From Candidatus Dormiibacterota bacterium (GTDB lineage Bacteria > Chloroflexota > Dormibacteria > Aeolococcales > Aeolococcaceae): a stretch of DNA of 64,000 nucleotides. How positions within the stretch are numbered: position 1 is the first letter of the stretch; the number at the start of each line of letters is the position of its first letter. The notes below the pieces were generated by a model that made no database searches, was not told where the DNA came from, and was given only the letters and a program-made list of their open reading frames with translations. The stretch covers positions 160,001 through 224,000 of the forward strand of contig CAVPXI010000023.1 in NCBI GenBank assembly GCA_963709585.1, written 5' to 3'. Position numbers and translations under genes: made by a program. Shown here piece by piece: positions 51,072 to 60,753 of this stretch.

Positions 51072-52796
51072 TCAGTGGGATTCGCGAGAAACTCTGTCGC
51101 CTGTGGACCCGACCAGGAAGTCGAGGTCCGCACCGGTGTTGGCCTGCTGGACGGTCTCGACGTAGAGCCGCTCCCAGCCGCGTATGGGTTTCGCGTAGGC
51201 GTCGACGGTGGCCTGGTTTGGTGTCCGCGCCGCCAGCTCGGCCGCGGGAATGTCGATGTCGATCCGTCGTCCCGGGACGTCGAGGATCACAAAGTCGCCG
51301 GTGCGAACGAGCCCGAGCGGACCCCCGGCGGCGGCTTCGGGCGACACATGGAGCACCACCGTGCCATACGCAGTTCCGCTCATCCGGCCGTCACAGATGC
51401 GAACCATATCGCGCACGCCCTGGCGCAGGAGTTTGGCCGGCAGCGGCAGGTTCGCCACCTCGGGCATGCCGGGATAGCCCTTCGGGCCGCACCCACGGAG
51501 GATCAGAACCGAGTTGGCGTCGACGTCCAGGTCCGGGTCGTCGATGCGAGCGTGCATGTCCTCGATCGAGTCGAAGACGAGGGCCCGTCCGCGGTGCTGC
51601 AACAGGTGGCCGGACGCCGCCGCAGGCTTGATCACCGCGCCGCCCGGGGCCAGGTTGCCGTAGAGGACGGCAATGCCCGCGTGCTGCTGCAGCGCCTCCG
51701 AGCGGGTGTGGATGACCTCGTGATCCCAGATCGCGGCACCGGCGAGATGTTCGACGAGCGGTGTGCCGGTGACAGTGAGTGCGGTGGGATCGAGCAGGTC
51801 CCTCACCTCACTCAACACGGCATGCAGACCGCCGGCGCGGAAGAAGTCCTCCATCAGGAAACGGCCTGCCGGCTGCAGATCCACGAGCAGCGGAACCTGG
51901 GAACCGGTGAGGTCGAAGTCGTCCTGGGTGAGTTCGATGCCCAGGCGTGCGGCGATGGCGAGCAGGTGGACAACCGCGTTGGTCGAGCCCCCGATCGCGG
52001 CCAGCGCGACGATCGCGTTGAGGAACGAGCCGCGAGTCAGCAGCGCAGATGGCGTTCGATGGGCCGCGACCATCTCGACCGCAAGCCTGCCGGTGTCATG
52101 GGCGCTCTGGAGCAGCCGGCTGTCGGGAGCAGGCGTCCCGGCCACACCGGGCAACACCATCCCGAGTGCCTCGGCGACCAGCGCCATCGTCGAGGCGGTG
52201 CCCATGGTGTTGCAGTGGCCGCGGCTGCGAATCATCGACGACTCCGACTGGAGGAACTCGGCCTCGGACAGGGTCCCGGCGCGAACCTCCTCCGACAGGC
52301 GCCACACGTCGGTGCCACACCCCAGCGCCTGGCCGTGGAATGTACCGGTCAGCATCGGGCCGCCGGGAATCACCACGGCGGGAAGGTCGACCGAGGCTGC
52401 CGCCATCAGCAACGCCGGGATGGTCTTGTCGCAGCCGCCGAGCAGGACCACCCCGTCGATCGGGTTGGCGCGGAGCATCTCCTCGGTCGCCATCGCGGCC
52501 ATGTTTCGCCAGAGCATGGCCGTCGGGCGGACCAGGGTCTCGCCGAGAGAGATCACCGGCAGGTTCAGCGGAATGCCGCCGGCTTCATAGACGCCCTGTT
52601 TGACGCTCTCGGCAACCTCGTTGAGGTGCGCGTTGCAGGGAGTCAGGTCGGAGGCGGTGTTGGCGATGGCGATATGCGGACGGCCGTCGAAGGCGTGGGC
52701 AGGGAGACCGCGACGCATCCACGCCCGATGGATGTACGCGTTGCGATCGGTCCCCCCGTACCACTGCGCGCTTCGTTGCCGCACCACGCTCACCAC
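51072..52796 (-). CDS. IlvD/Edd-family sugar-acid dehydratase (L-arabinonate/xylonate type)
   Basis: SDLTPCNAH, GCDKT, GHCNTMGTASTM, GGSTN, PGMPE, DGRMSGT. Confidence 0.92.
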   Translation of the reverse strand: MVSVVRQRSAQWYGGTDRNAYIHRAWMRRGLPAHAFDGRPHIAIANTASDLTPCNAHLNEVAESVKQGVYEAGGIPLNLPVISLGETLVRPTAMLWRNMAAMATEEMLRANPIDGVVLLGGCDKTIPALLMAAASVDLPAVVIPGGPMLTGTFHGQALGCGTDVWRLSEEVRAGTLSEAEFLQSESSMIRSRGHCNTMGTASTMALVAEALGMVLPGVAGTPAPDSRLLQSAHDTGRLAVEMVAAHRTPSALLTRGSFLNAIVALAAIGGSTNAVVHLLAIAARLGIELTQDDFDLTGSQVPLLVDLQPAGRFLMEDFFRAGGLHAVLSEVRDLLDPTALTVTGTPLVEHLAGAAIWDHEVIHTRSEALQQHAGIAVLYGNLAPGGAVIKPAAASGHLLQHRGRALVFDSIEDMHARIDDPDLDVDANSVLILRGCGPKGYPGMPEVANLPLPAKLLRQGVRDMVRICDGRMSGTAYGTVVLHVSPEAAAGGPLGLVRTGDFVILDVPGRRIDIDIPAAELAARTPNQATVDAYAKPIRGWERLYVETVQQANTGADLDFLVGSTGDRVSRESH

Positions 52797-52884
52797 CTTT
52801 GCAATCCCGGACGAGGCTCCATAGCGAGGCTCTATATTGTCGAGCGCTGATGGCAGTGCGTCGCCGCCGCTTCGCCGTCACCTC

Positions 52885-53811
52885 GTGAAGCGGTTTCACG
52901 CAGTTCCCGCCTCCGAGGAGCGCTACGGCCTCGCCGAGGGTCCGTACTGGGACGGCGACCGAAAGCGGGTGCTCTGGGTCGACATCAACGCCGGAGACGT
53001 GCACACCGCAACCCTCTCCGCGCAGCGTGTGATCCACGAGACGGCGCTGCACCTCCCCGAGACGGTCGGCGCGGTGGTGAGCTCGAGACAGGGTGAGCTC
53101 CTGGTCGCGGGAGCACGACGCCTGTACTACGTGTCTCCCGAGGGTGCCGTCAGCCCCGGCCCGAGCATCCTCCCCGAGCACGTCGACAGCAGGCTGAACG
53201 ACGGCGGGTGCGATCCGGCCGGACGATTTCTGGTGGGCAGCCTTGCCCTCGACGACCGGGCGTACGCGGAGGTCCTGGTCCGGGTGGAAGCGGACGGCCG
53301 GCTCGTGGTGCTCGACGAGGATCTCGGCATGTCAAACGGCCTCGCGTTTTCGCGTCACGGCGACCAGCTCTACAGCGTCGACACCACGCCCGGCATCGTG
53401 TGGGTCCGCGACTACGACTCCGCCGACTGGAGCCGCCGGTCGGCGTCGCGAATTCCTGCGTCTGGAGGGCGACCAACCCGACGGCCTCTGCGTGGACGGT
53501 GAGGGAAACCTCTGGATCGCCATGTGGGGACTTGGGCAGGTGCGCTGCTACTCCCCATCGGGCGCCCACCGTGCGGTCGTCGACGTGGCCGCGCCGAATA
53601 CGACCAGCGCCGCCTTCGTTGGAGCGTCCCTTGACACGCTCCTGATCACCACCGCGTCGGAGCAACTCTCGGACGCGCAGCGCGCGCGATATCCCGACTC
53701 CGGCCGGTTGTTCACCGCCAGAGTCGGCGTGAGCGGGCTGCCCGTGCACCGCTGGGCGGGCTCCAGGGGCGTGCCATCTCCGGCCTCACACTCAAGGCGA
53801 ACACCGCATGA
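52885..53811 (+). CDS. SMP-30/gluconolactonase family lactonase (frameshifts near 53420 and probably near 53765)
   Basis: LAEGPYWD, RLNDG, SNGLAFS; PDGLCVD.EG.LW in the next frame; ends approximate. Confidence 0.85.
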
Positions 53812-54860
53812 GGGCGTTCGTTGTCACGGCGCCGCACGAAGGTGCCGTCCAGGAGGTTCCCAACCCGATCGCCGGCCCTGGACAGGTCGTCGTCGACATA
53901 TCCCGAGCCGGGGTCTGCGGCACCGACGTCGAGTTCTGGACCGGCGAGATGGCCTACCTACACCAGGGACACGCCCGATACCCGCTTCGGCCCGGGCACG
54001 AGTGGTGCGGCGTGGTCTCGGCGCTCGGTGCCGGGGTGGACGCAACCTGGCTGGGTCGGCGGGTGACGGGCGACACCATGCTCGGCTGCGGGCACTGTGA
54101 TCGCTGCAGTTCCGGTCATCACAACGTTTGCGAGGAGCGCGTCGAGATCGGCATCCGGCGGTGGCTTCCCCGGCGCCCTGGCCGAGCAGCTGGCGGTGCC
54201 GGCAACCGCGTTGCTGGCGTTGCCGGACAGCGTGGACGATGCCGCCGGCGCGATGGTCGAGCCTGGCGGCAACGCGCTCCGTTCGGTCCGGGCGGCCGCA
54301 CTCTCGGCAGGCGACCGTGCGCTGGTGCTCGGCACCGGGACGATGGGGCTTCTCGCCGCCGAGTTCGCCCGCGCCGGGGGCGTGGACGTTCATCTCATGG
54401 GCCGATCGCCGGATGGCCTCAACTTCGCCCAGGCCCTTGGTTTCGCCGGAGTTCTGGCGGCGCGCCGATCTACCGCGGCTGCGCTGGGACGCGGTCATCG
54501 ACGCCACCAACGCAGCCGAACTCCCGGCACTCGCGCTCGATCTGGTGGAGCCCGGGCAAGCGGGTCGTCTACCTTGGACTCTCCGGCACCCCCAGCCTCG
54601 TCGACACCCGCACGATCGCGCTCAAGGACGTCACCGCGGTGGGAATCCTTGCCGCGTCTCAGGGTCTCGCCGGGACGATCGAGCACTACGCCGCCGGCAC
54701 GGTCGACCCGAGACCGCTCGTCGCTGCCACGGTCGGGCTCCACCGGGTTGGTGACGTGCTGGCCGGATGGCGACCCCGCACGGGATCTGGGGGACCGAAG
54801 CTCCACATCGACCCACGACTGCAAGACGACACCACATGGAGAGTGCACGCACATGAATGA
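53808..54860 (+). CDS. Zinc-dependent alcohol/sugar dehydrogenase (three frameshifts near 54160, 54455, 54555)
   Basis: GVCGTD, GHEW.G, CGHCDRC..G...C, VEP, GTGTMG pieced across frames. Confidence 0.85.
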   Translation: MRAFVVTAPHEGAVQEVPNPIAGPGQVVVDISRAGVCGTDVEFWTGEMAYLHQGHARYPLRPGHEWCGVVSALGAGVDATWLGRRVTGDTMLGCGHCDRCSSGHHNVCEERVEIGIRRWLPRRPGRAAGGAGNRVAGVAGQRGRCRRRDGRAWRQRAPFGPGGRTLGRRPCAGARHRDDGASRRRVRPRRGRGRSSHGPIAGWPQLRPGPWFRRSSGGAPIYRGCAGTRSSTPPTQPNSRHSRSIWWSPGKRVVYLGLSGTPSLVDTRTIALKDVTAVGILAASQGLAGTIEHYAAGTVDPRPLVAATVGLHRVGDVLAGWRPRTGSGGPKLHIDPRLQDDTTWRVHAHE

Positions 54861-55599
54861 CTTCGACGGACTGGTCGCGGTGATCACCGGTGGCGCAAGC
54901 GGCATCGGAGCCGCCACCGCAACCCATCTCCTCGGGCGCGGCGCCACCGTGGCGGTCCTTGATCGCGTGTACCCGGCAGTCACGCGCGCGGCGGTGCTGG
55001 AGGTCCCGTGCGACGTCGCAGACCCCGACTCCACGCGCACCGCCGTCGACACCGTGGCCAGCGCACTCGGATCGATCGACATTCTGGTCAACAACGCGGG
55101 GATCGGAGCGACCGGCGACGTGACTCAGAACGAGGATGACGAGTGGCATCGCGTGTTGAGCGTCAACGTCATCGGCATCGCCCGCGTCACCCGCGCTGCG
55201 CTGCCGTATCTGCGCCGGTCGAGCAATGCAGCGATCGTCAACACCTGCTCCGTGGTCGCCGACGTCGGCGTCCCCCAGCGCGCGCTGTACTCGGCGAGCA
55301 AGGGGGCGGTGCGGTCGTTGACCCTCGCGATGGCCGCGGACTTTGTCACCGAGGGCATCCGAGTCAACGCCGTCACTCCGGGAACCGCAGACACCCCATG
55401 GGTGCGACGGCTGCTCGACCAGGCGTCCGACGCGGATGCGGCCGCCGCCGCCCTGCGCGCGCGCCAGCCGATGGGCCGCCTGGTCACCGCCGACGAGGTC
55501 GCGTTCGCCATCGCCTACCTGGCCAGCCCACTGTCGGGGTCGACCACCGGCACGATGCTCGCGGTCGACGGTGGCATGGCCGGCATACGCGTGGGGTAG
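54853..55599 (+). CDS. SDR oxidoreductase (sugar-acid dehydrogenase-like)
   Basis: TGGASGIG, NNAG, YSASKGA, PGTADTPWV. Confidence 0.9.
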   Translation: MNDFDGLVAVITGGASGIGAATATHLLGRGATVAVLDRVYPAVTRAAVLEVPCDVADPDSTRTAVDTVASALGSIDILVNNAGIGATGDVTQNEDDEWHRVLSVNVIGIARVTRAALPYLRRSSNAAIVNTCSVVADVGVPQRALYSASKGAVRSLTLAMAADFVTEGIRVNAVTPGTADTPWVRRLLDQASDADAAAAALRARQPMGRLVTADEVAFAIAYLASPLSGSTTGTMLAVDGGMAGIRVG

Positions 55600-55616
55600 C
55601 GTCGCGTCTCGAGCGT

Positions 55617-57103
55617 TCAGATGCCGGTCCGGTGGGTCCAATCTCCCGCGAGCATCGTGGCCGCGACCGGCATGGTTCGCAGGGCGCTCGGTTCAGCGCT
55701 GAACGGGTCGCCGTCGAGCACCATGATGTCGGCAGGGTCGCCGGCGCGGAGCGTCGCGTCACCGCGTCCCGGGGGCATCGACGCGGCGAGCGCCTCGGCG
55801 ACGGTGATCTCCTGCTCGGGATGCCAGCGAGCACGCTCATCTCGGGTGCGGTGAACAGCGGCGCCGACGGCCAACCACGGGTCAAGCGGCGCAACCGGCG
55901 CGTCGGAGCCGAAGACGAGGACCGCGCCGGCATCGAGGAGCGAGCGGAGCGGGAACGCGCGCCGCGAGCGTTCGGCCCAGTAGCGGTCAGCGACGTCTCG
56001 ATCGTCGAGAGCATGCTCGGGTTGGACGCTCGCGATCACTCCCAACTGCGCGAAGCGGCCCAGGTCCGCGTCGTCGAGCAATTGCGCGTGCTCGATGCTG
56101 CCGCGCGCACCGGTTTGCGCGAACGCTTGCAACGCGATGGCGTTGGCACGATCCCCGATGGCGTGGATCGCGCATTCGAAGCCGGCGTCCCTGGCGCGCA
56201 GCATGAGTCGCGAAAGCTCGCGTGCCGTTACGAGGAGAACGCCATTCTCCTCGGCAGCGCCGCGGACGCGGGATACGCGTCGTAACAGAACGCGGTGCGT
56301 GTGTTCAGCGAGCCGTCGGTGATGATCTTCAGAGGCCCAGCGATGAGCAGCCCGCCGGTGCCGCCGATGACGGCCCCGGTGTGCAGGTGTTGCGCAATGG
56401 CGTCGTCGAGTTGCTCCGGCCACACGGCGCTGGCGACGCGCAGCGATCGATTGCCCTCCGTCATCCGGCGCCGCCACGCCTCGAGCGACCACGGCTTCTC
56501 CATGTCCACGATGCCGACAACGCCTCGAGCAGCCGCGGCCCGCGACGCGGCGTGGCACCACGCATCGGCGACCTCATCGGCAACCATCCCGACCTGACCG
56601 ATGACCCCCATCGCCGCGTCCTCGCGCAGCAGCCCGGTCGTGTGGCCCGCGTGTCCGAACCGGCGGAGCGCGGCAGTGCTGAGCCACGCGCTGTGCAGAT
56701 CGGCACTGATGAGCACCACCGGCAGCTCGCCGCACATCTCGTCCAGCACCTCGCGATGCGGCGCATCCGGCCAGAGCGCATCGCGAAATCCGTATCCGAC
56801 CACGGGCATGTCGAGATCCTGTTGGGAGCTGGCGATGTGGGTCGCAAGCAAGCGCGCCGCTGCGGCCGCTGTGTCGACACCGGAAAGATCGAGACGCGCC
56901 CTGATCTGCGCCCACTGGTCGAAGTGCACATGGCGGTCCCAGAGCCCGGGCAGCAGAAACCGGCCATCGACATCGACCACCTCTGCCGTCTGCGCTCGGC
57001 CCTCGATGTCGCCGATTTCAGCCACATGCCCGTCGGCAACCAGGACGTCCTGGGGTGGCGCTTGCGGCGCGAGGCGCGCCTGACGGAACAGAACGGTCGT
57101 CAA
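55617..57103 (-). CDS. Amidohydrolase_3 (YtcJ-like) metallo-hydrolase (frameshift near 56240)
   Basis: LPGLWDRHVH, DGSL, HAIGDRA, IEHAQ, FGSDAPV. Confidence 0.88.
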
Positions 57104-57148
57104 TGCGACGGCACCACGACGCGTGCACAGCGTGGTCCACTGTGACCG

Positions 57149-58174
57149 ATGCACGGATTGGCGACCGCTATGGTCATCGGGATTTCGGTCATCGCACTCG
57201 TCGCCACGTTAGCGGCGAGCGAGTTCCTCGTGCGCGGCGTCGGGCGTCTGGCTCGCAACCTCGGCCTGCTCGGTGGCGTCGTCGGTTTGATCGTAGCCCT
57301 CGGCGCGGATTCGCCGGAGATCTCGTCGTCGGTCTCCGCCGTCGCCAATGGGTCGGCTGCAACCGGGGCGGGCATCGTCTTCGGCTCGAACGTGTTCAAC
57401 ATCGCCGTGCTCCTCGGTGGGGCAGCGCTCGCCGCGGGGTCGGTGAGGATCCCGCCTGCAGCGCTGGCGATCGACGCGGGCGTCGCGATCCTGGTGACAC
57501 TGGCGATCGGTTTGGTCGTGCTCGGCGCGCTACCTGTAGTGGTCGGCCTGTTCCTGATGCTCGTCGTGTTCGTCCCGTACGTCGTCTTTCTGATCCTGCG
57601 CACGTCGACCATCGCGCGGCTGCCGCTTGACAACCGGCTGAAAGCCCTGCTCGTCAGTGCGTCGCGTGAAGCAGGCGTTGAGGGAATCGAACTCGAGACC
57701 GAGCTCGAGGAGCGGAGCCAAAGCGCCCCGGCGCGCAGCTGGCGCCCGGTCGTGCTGATGGCACCAGCTTTGCTGGTCATCGTGGTCGGGTCGCTGCTCA
57801 TGGTGCAGGGTGCCGTCACGCTCGGAGAGCGCTGGGGCGTCGCCAGCGTGCTGGTTGGTGTGGTTGCGCTGGCCGCGGCGACAAGTCTTCCGAATGCGTA
57901 TGCGGCAATTCGACTGGGGCGGGATGGCCGCGGCGCAGCCGTTGTCAGCGCGACCTTCAACAGCAACACGTTGAACTTGATCGCCGGCATCGCGGTGCCG
58001 ATCATTCTCTTTCCGGCGCTGCGGGGCTCGGTCCCGGCAGGCTACATGGTATGGCTGGTCGGCACGAGCGTGCTCGCGCTCATCCTGCTTGCAGCCGGTC
58101 TCAACCGTCGCGGCGCAGCTCTGCTTCTCCTGGTCTACGCTGGATTTGTCGCATACGCCGTGCTCACGGCCTAG
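57149..58174 (+). CDS. CaCA (Na+/Ca2+ exchanger, YrbG-like) family antiporter
   Basis: Alpha repeats ALGADSPE...GSNVFN and AATSLPN...NSNTLN. Confidence 0.85.
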   Translation: MHGLATAMVIGISVIALVATLAASEFLVRGVGRLARNLGLLGGVVGLIVALGADSPEISSSVSAVANGSAATGAGIVFGSNVFNIAVLLGGAALAAGSVRIPPAALAIDAGVAILVTLAIGLVVLGALPVVVGLFLMLVVFVPYVVFLILRTSTIARLPLDNRLKALLVSASREAGVEGIELETELEERSQSAPARSWRPVVLMAPALLVIVVGSLLMVQGAVTLGERWGVASVLVGVVALAAATSLPNAYAAIRLGRDGRGAAVVSATFNSNTLNLIAGIAVPIILFPALRGSVPAGYMVWLVGTSVLALILLAAGLNRRGAALLLLVYAGFVAYAVLTA

Positions 58175-59490
58175 GCGCGGTACCTCCAGAACTGCGGGAG
58201 CACCGCGCTCAATACCGCAGTACCGACCACGCACAGAATGCCGCCGCTCACGACCGACGCGCGCACACCGGCAAGCGATCCGACGATTCCCGACTCGAGG
58301 TTGCCCATCGCCGGCCCTGACGTGTAGCTGATCATCTCGATACCCGCAAGGCGTCCGCGCATCGCGTCCGGGATCGTCTGGTTCCAGAGCGTGGTCCGAA
58401 ACAGCCCGCTGATCATGTCGGCCGCACCGGCGGCGACAAGCGCCAGCAGCGCCACCCAGAGCGACGGCGCGAACCCAAACGCCACGATCGCGACGCCCCA
58501 ACTCGCTGCGGCGAAAGCGATCGCACGTCCGTGGTGGCGGACGGACCGCGTCCAACCGCTGGTGACCGTCGCGAGCAGCGAGCCGACTGAGGGCGCCGTG
58601 TACAGCAATCCGAGGGCCGCCGGTCCGCCGAGCCCCGACGCGATCTGCGGGAAGAGCGCCATCGGCATGCCAAAGAACATCGCATTGATGTCGACCAGGT
58701 ACGAGCCGAGCAGATCCTGGCGGCCGGCCGCGTAGCGCAGGCCGGCGAGCGCTGCTCGAAGACTTACTCCCTCGGCGTCGGGCGCGGGCGGCACGGCACG
58801 CATGAGCGTCAGCGCCACCGTGGCCACGAGAAACGTTGCCACGTCAACCCCATAGGTCACCGGCAGCCCGATGGTTGCGATGAGAATGCCGGCAACCGGT
58901 GGGCCGAGCACCTGGCCAAGGTTGCCCCGGAGCGATTCGAGCGCGGCCGCGGCGGTCAGCTTGTCACGGGGGACGATTCGGGGCACGAGGGCGTCCAGCG
59001 AGGGCCGCTCCAACGCGTCGACCCCGGCTGCGGCAACGACAACGACGAACAGCACCCAGAGCTGTGGTCGGGGCAGCGCCGCATTGACGACGAGGACGAT
59101 GACGATGCCGCAGGCGCTGATCTGGGTGATGCGCACCATGCGCCGCCGATCGACCGTGTCGGCAAGCGCCCCTCCGACGAAGGACATCAGGAGTATCGGG
59201 GCCAACTCGGCGAGGCTGACCAAGCCGACCACGAGTGATGAGCGTGTGAGCTCATACGCCTGGAACGGTATCGCGACGTAGGTGATCATGCTGCCCGCGA
59301 AGGAAACGCCCTGGCCGATGAAGAGCAGCCGGAATTCTCTCGACTCACGAAGCGGCGTGACATCGATCGCGAGCGATGTGACGTGCCGCCGCACGGCCGA
59401 TCGCCGCGTGCGGGCGGTCTCGCTCGCCGGCCGAGACTCCATCTGCGGATCCGGCGTCGCGCGCGTGTGCGGCGGTGGCTCCTCGGACAC
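58171..59490 (-). CDS. MFS transporter (EntS-like)
   Basis: DVTPLR..REFR.L, GGALAD..DRRR, DINAMFFGMP.ALFP, RGRL.G; start uncertain. Confidence 0.9.
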   Translation of the reverse strand: MSEEPPPHTRATPDPQMESRPASETARTRRSAVRRHVTSLAIDVTPLRESREFRLLFIGQGVSFAGSMITYVAIPFQAYELTRSSLVVGLVSLAELAPILLMSFVGGALADTVDRRRMVRITQISACGIVIVLVVNAALPRPQLWVLFVVVVAAAGVDALERPSLDALVPRIVPRDKLTAAAALESLRGNLGQVLGPPVAGILIATIGLPVTYGVDVATFLVATVALTLMRAVPPAPDAEGVSLRAALAGLRYAAGRQDLLGSYLVDINAMFFGMPMALFPQIASGLGGPAALGLLYTAPSVGSLLATVTSGWTRSVRHHGRAIAFAAASWGVAIVAFGFAPSLWVALLALVAAGAADMISGLFRTTLWNQTIPDAMRGRLAGIEMISYTSGPAMGNLESGIVGSLAGVRASVVSGGILCVVGTAVLSAVLPQFWRYRA

Positions 59491-59759
59491 CGTGCAACTC
59501 TGCGACTTAACGGCCGCCTGTGGCTCTGATGAGCAAAGCAAGCCTCGAAACTTGACCATTCCAGTCTGGATTTGCTACCGTCGGTGGCGATGGGCGCCCC
59601 GGTTTACGGATTGACGCGCTGCCTGTGGCTCGACGACGGCTGTTGCGGCTCCGCCATCTGTAGTCGCTGATCAGCGACCCGCCGTCACGTCCGCTCACGA
59701 GGGTGCGACCCGTGGACATCAATGCCACTCATCAACCGTCGTTCAAATGAGGTTATGTC

Positions 59760-60305
59760 ATGTCTGTCACCGATGAATTGGTAAAGAACAACGAGCAGTA
59801 CGCCGCCAGTTTTGACAAGGGCAGCGCACCGCTTCCGCCCGCGCTTGGGGTTGCGGTCGTCGCGTGCATGGATGCGCGACTGCATGTCAGCGCGATCCTC
59901 GGTCTCGAGATCGGCGACGCACACATCATCCGCAACGCCGGTGGGGTCGTGACCGATGACGCCATCCGTTCGCTGGTGATCTCACAGCGACTGCTCGGAA
60001 CCAGGGAGATCATCCTCATCCACCACAGCGACTGCGGGATGGTCACCTTCACGGACGATGCTGTGAAGGCGCAGATCAAGGAGGACACCGGGATCCGCCC
60101 GCCCTTCGCGCTCGAGGCGTTCCCTGACGTCGCCGACGACGTCCGACAGTCGATCGCTCGCATCAAGGCGAGCCCATTCATCCCGAACCGCGAGAGCGTC
60201 CGCGGATTCGTGTATGACGTCACCACCGGCCGGTTGGGTGAGATCGAACCCGACCGCGAGCTGACCGGCGCGTCGTCCGCAGTCGCCGACGGGGTTGCTC
60301 GATAA
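59760..60305 (+). CDS. Beta-class carbonic anhydrase (clade D, Rv1284-like)
   Basis: CMDAR, RNAGG, HHSDCG, GFVYDV.TG. Confidence 0.95.
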   Translation: MSVTDELVKNNEQYAASFDKGSAPLPPALGVAVVACMDARLHVSAILGLEIGDAHIIRNAGGVVTDDAIRSLVISQRLLGTREIILIHHSDCGMVTFTDDAVKAQIKEDTGIRPPFALEAFPDVADDVRQSIARIKASPFIPNRESVRGFVYDVTTGRLGEIEPDRELTGASSAVADGVAR

Positions 60306-60328
60306 GCTCGCGAAACCACTGCAATCAA

Positions 60329-60361
60329 GCCCTTGCCCTGCGCCTGCGCGGGGCAGGGGGC
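60329..60361 (+). terminator. GC-rich hairpin after carbonic anhydrase, possible terminator
   Basis: CCTTGCCCTGCGC-CT-GCGCGGGGCAGGG stem with G-U pairs; no clear U-tract. Confidence 0.4.
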
Positions 60362-60526
60362 TGCAGCGGGTTTGTTCGCAACCGTACGCAGCCGACGGTT
60401 CCAGAGTTGTCGTGCCTCGTCCACACGACACGCCGTGACCACCCGACTGAGGACGTGACACAACGGTCACACGCACCGGCCGCAGCGGACAAGTTCGCTC
60501 CTCAATCTCGGGCAAGCGACGTGCGC

Positions 60527-60625
60527 CACGCGCACAAACTAGGTACCACCAAAGTTGCGCACAGGCATGTGCCTTACTGCACAAACAAAGTGCGCAGTTG
60601 TCCACATTGTGCACAGGGTTGTGCG
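60527..60625. repeat. Cluster of DnaA-box-like GCACA/CCACA repeats
   Basis: TTGCGCACA 60555, TACTGCACA 60575, TTGTCCACA 60598, TTGTGCACA 60607, plus CGCGCACA and inverted TTGTGCG. Confidence 0.5.
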
Positions 60626-60753
60626 TCTCAAACGCGTCGCGCTCCGCGTGCAGCAGTATGCAACGTGATGGTTGACAGGGGGTCATGGGCGCGGCGTACA
60701 CTCAGTCAGTGACATCGGAGGCGGGCGGGTTGAGGCATTCAGAGCGAGCCATC

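Noticed and set aside
59510-59570. Hammerhead ribozyme-like words CTGATGA...GAAA...GTC
   Set aside because: Core words are present, but stem II has only one pair and stems I and III cannot both form in any permutation I tried
59585-59630. Fluoride riboswitch-like GGCGATGG start
   Set aside because: Pseudoknot spacing is wrong and the downstream CTGATG/CTAC elements are missing
33690-60400. attR duplication of the tRNA-Val 3' end, or an integrase
   Set aside because: Only a 9-nt GCGCCCACC match inside a CDS near 53562, expected by chance at this GC content; no recombinase seen
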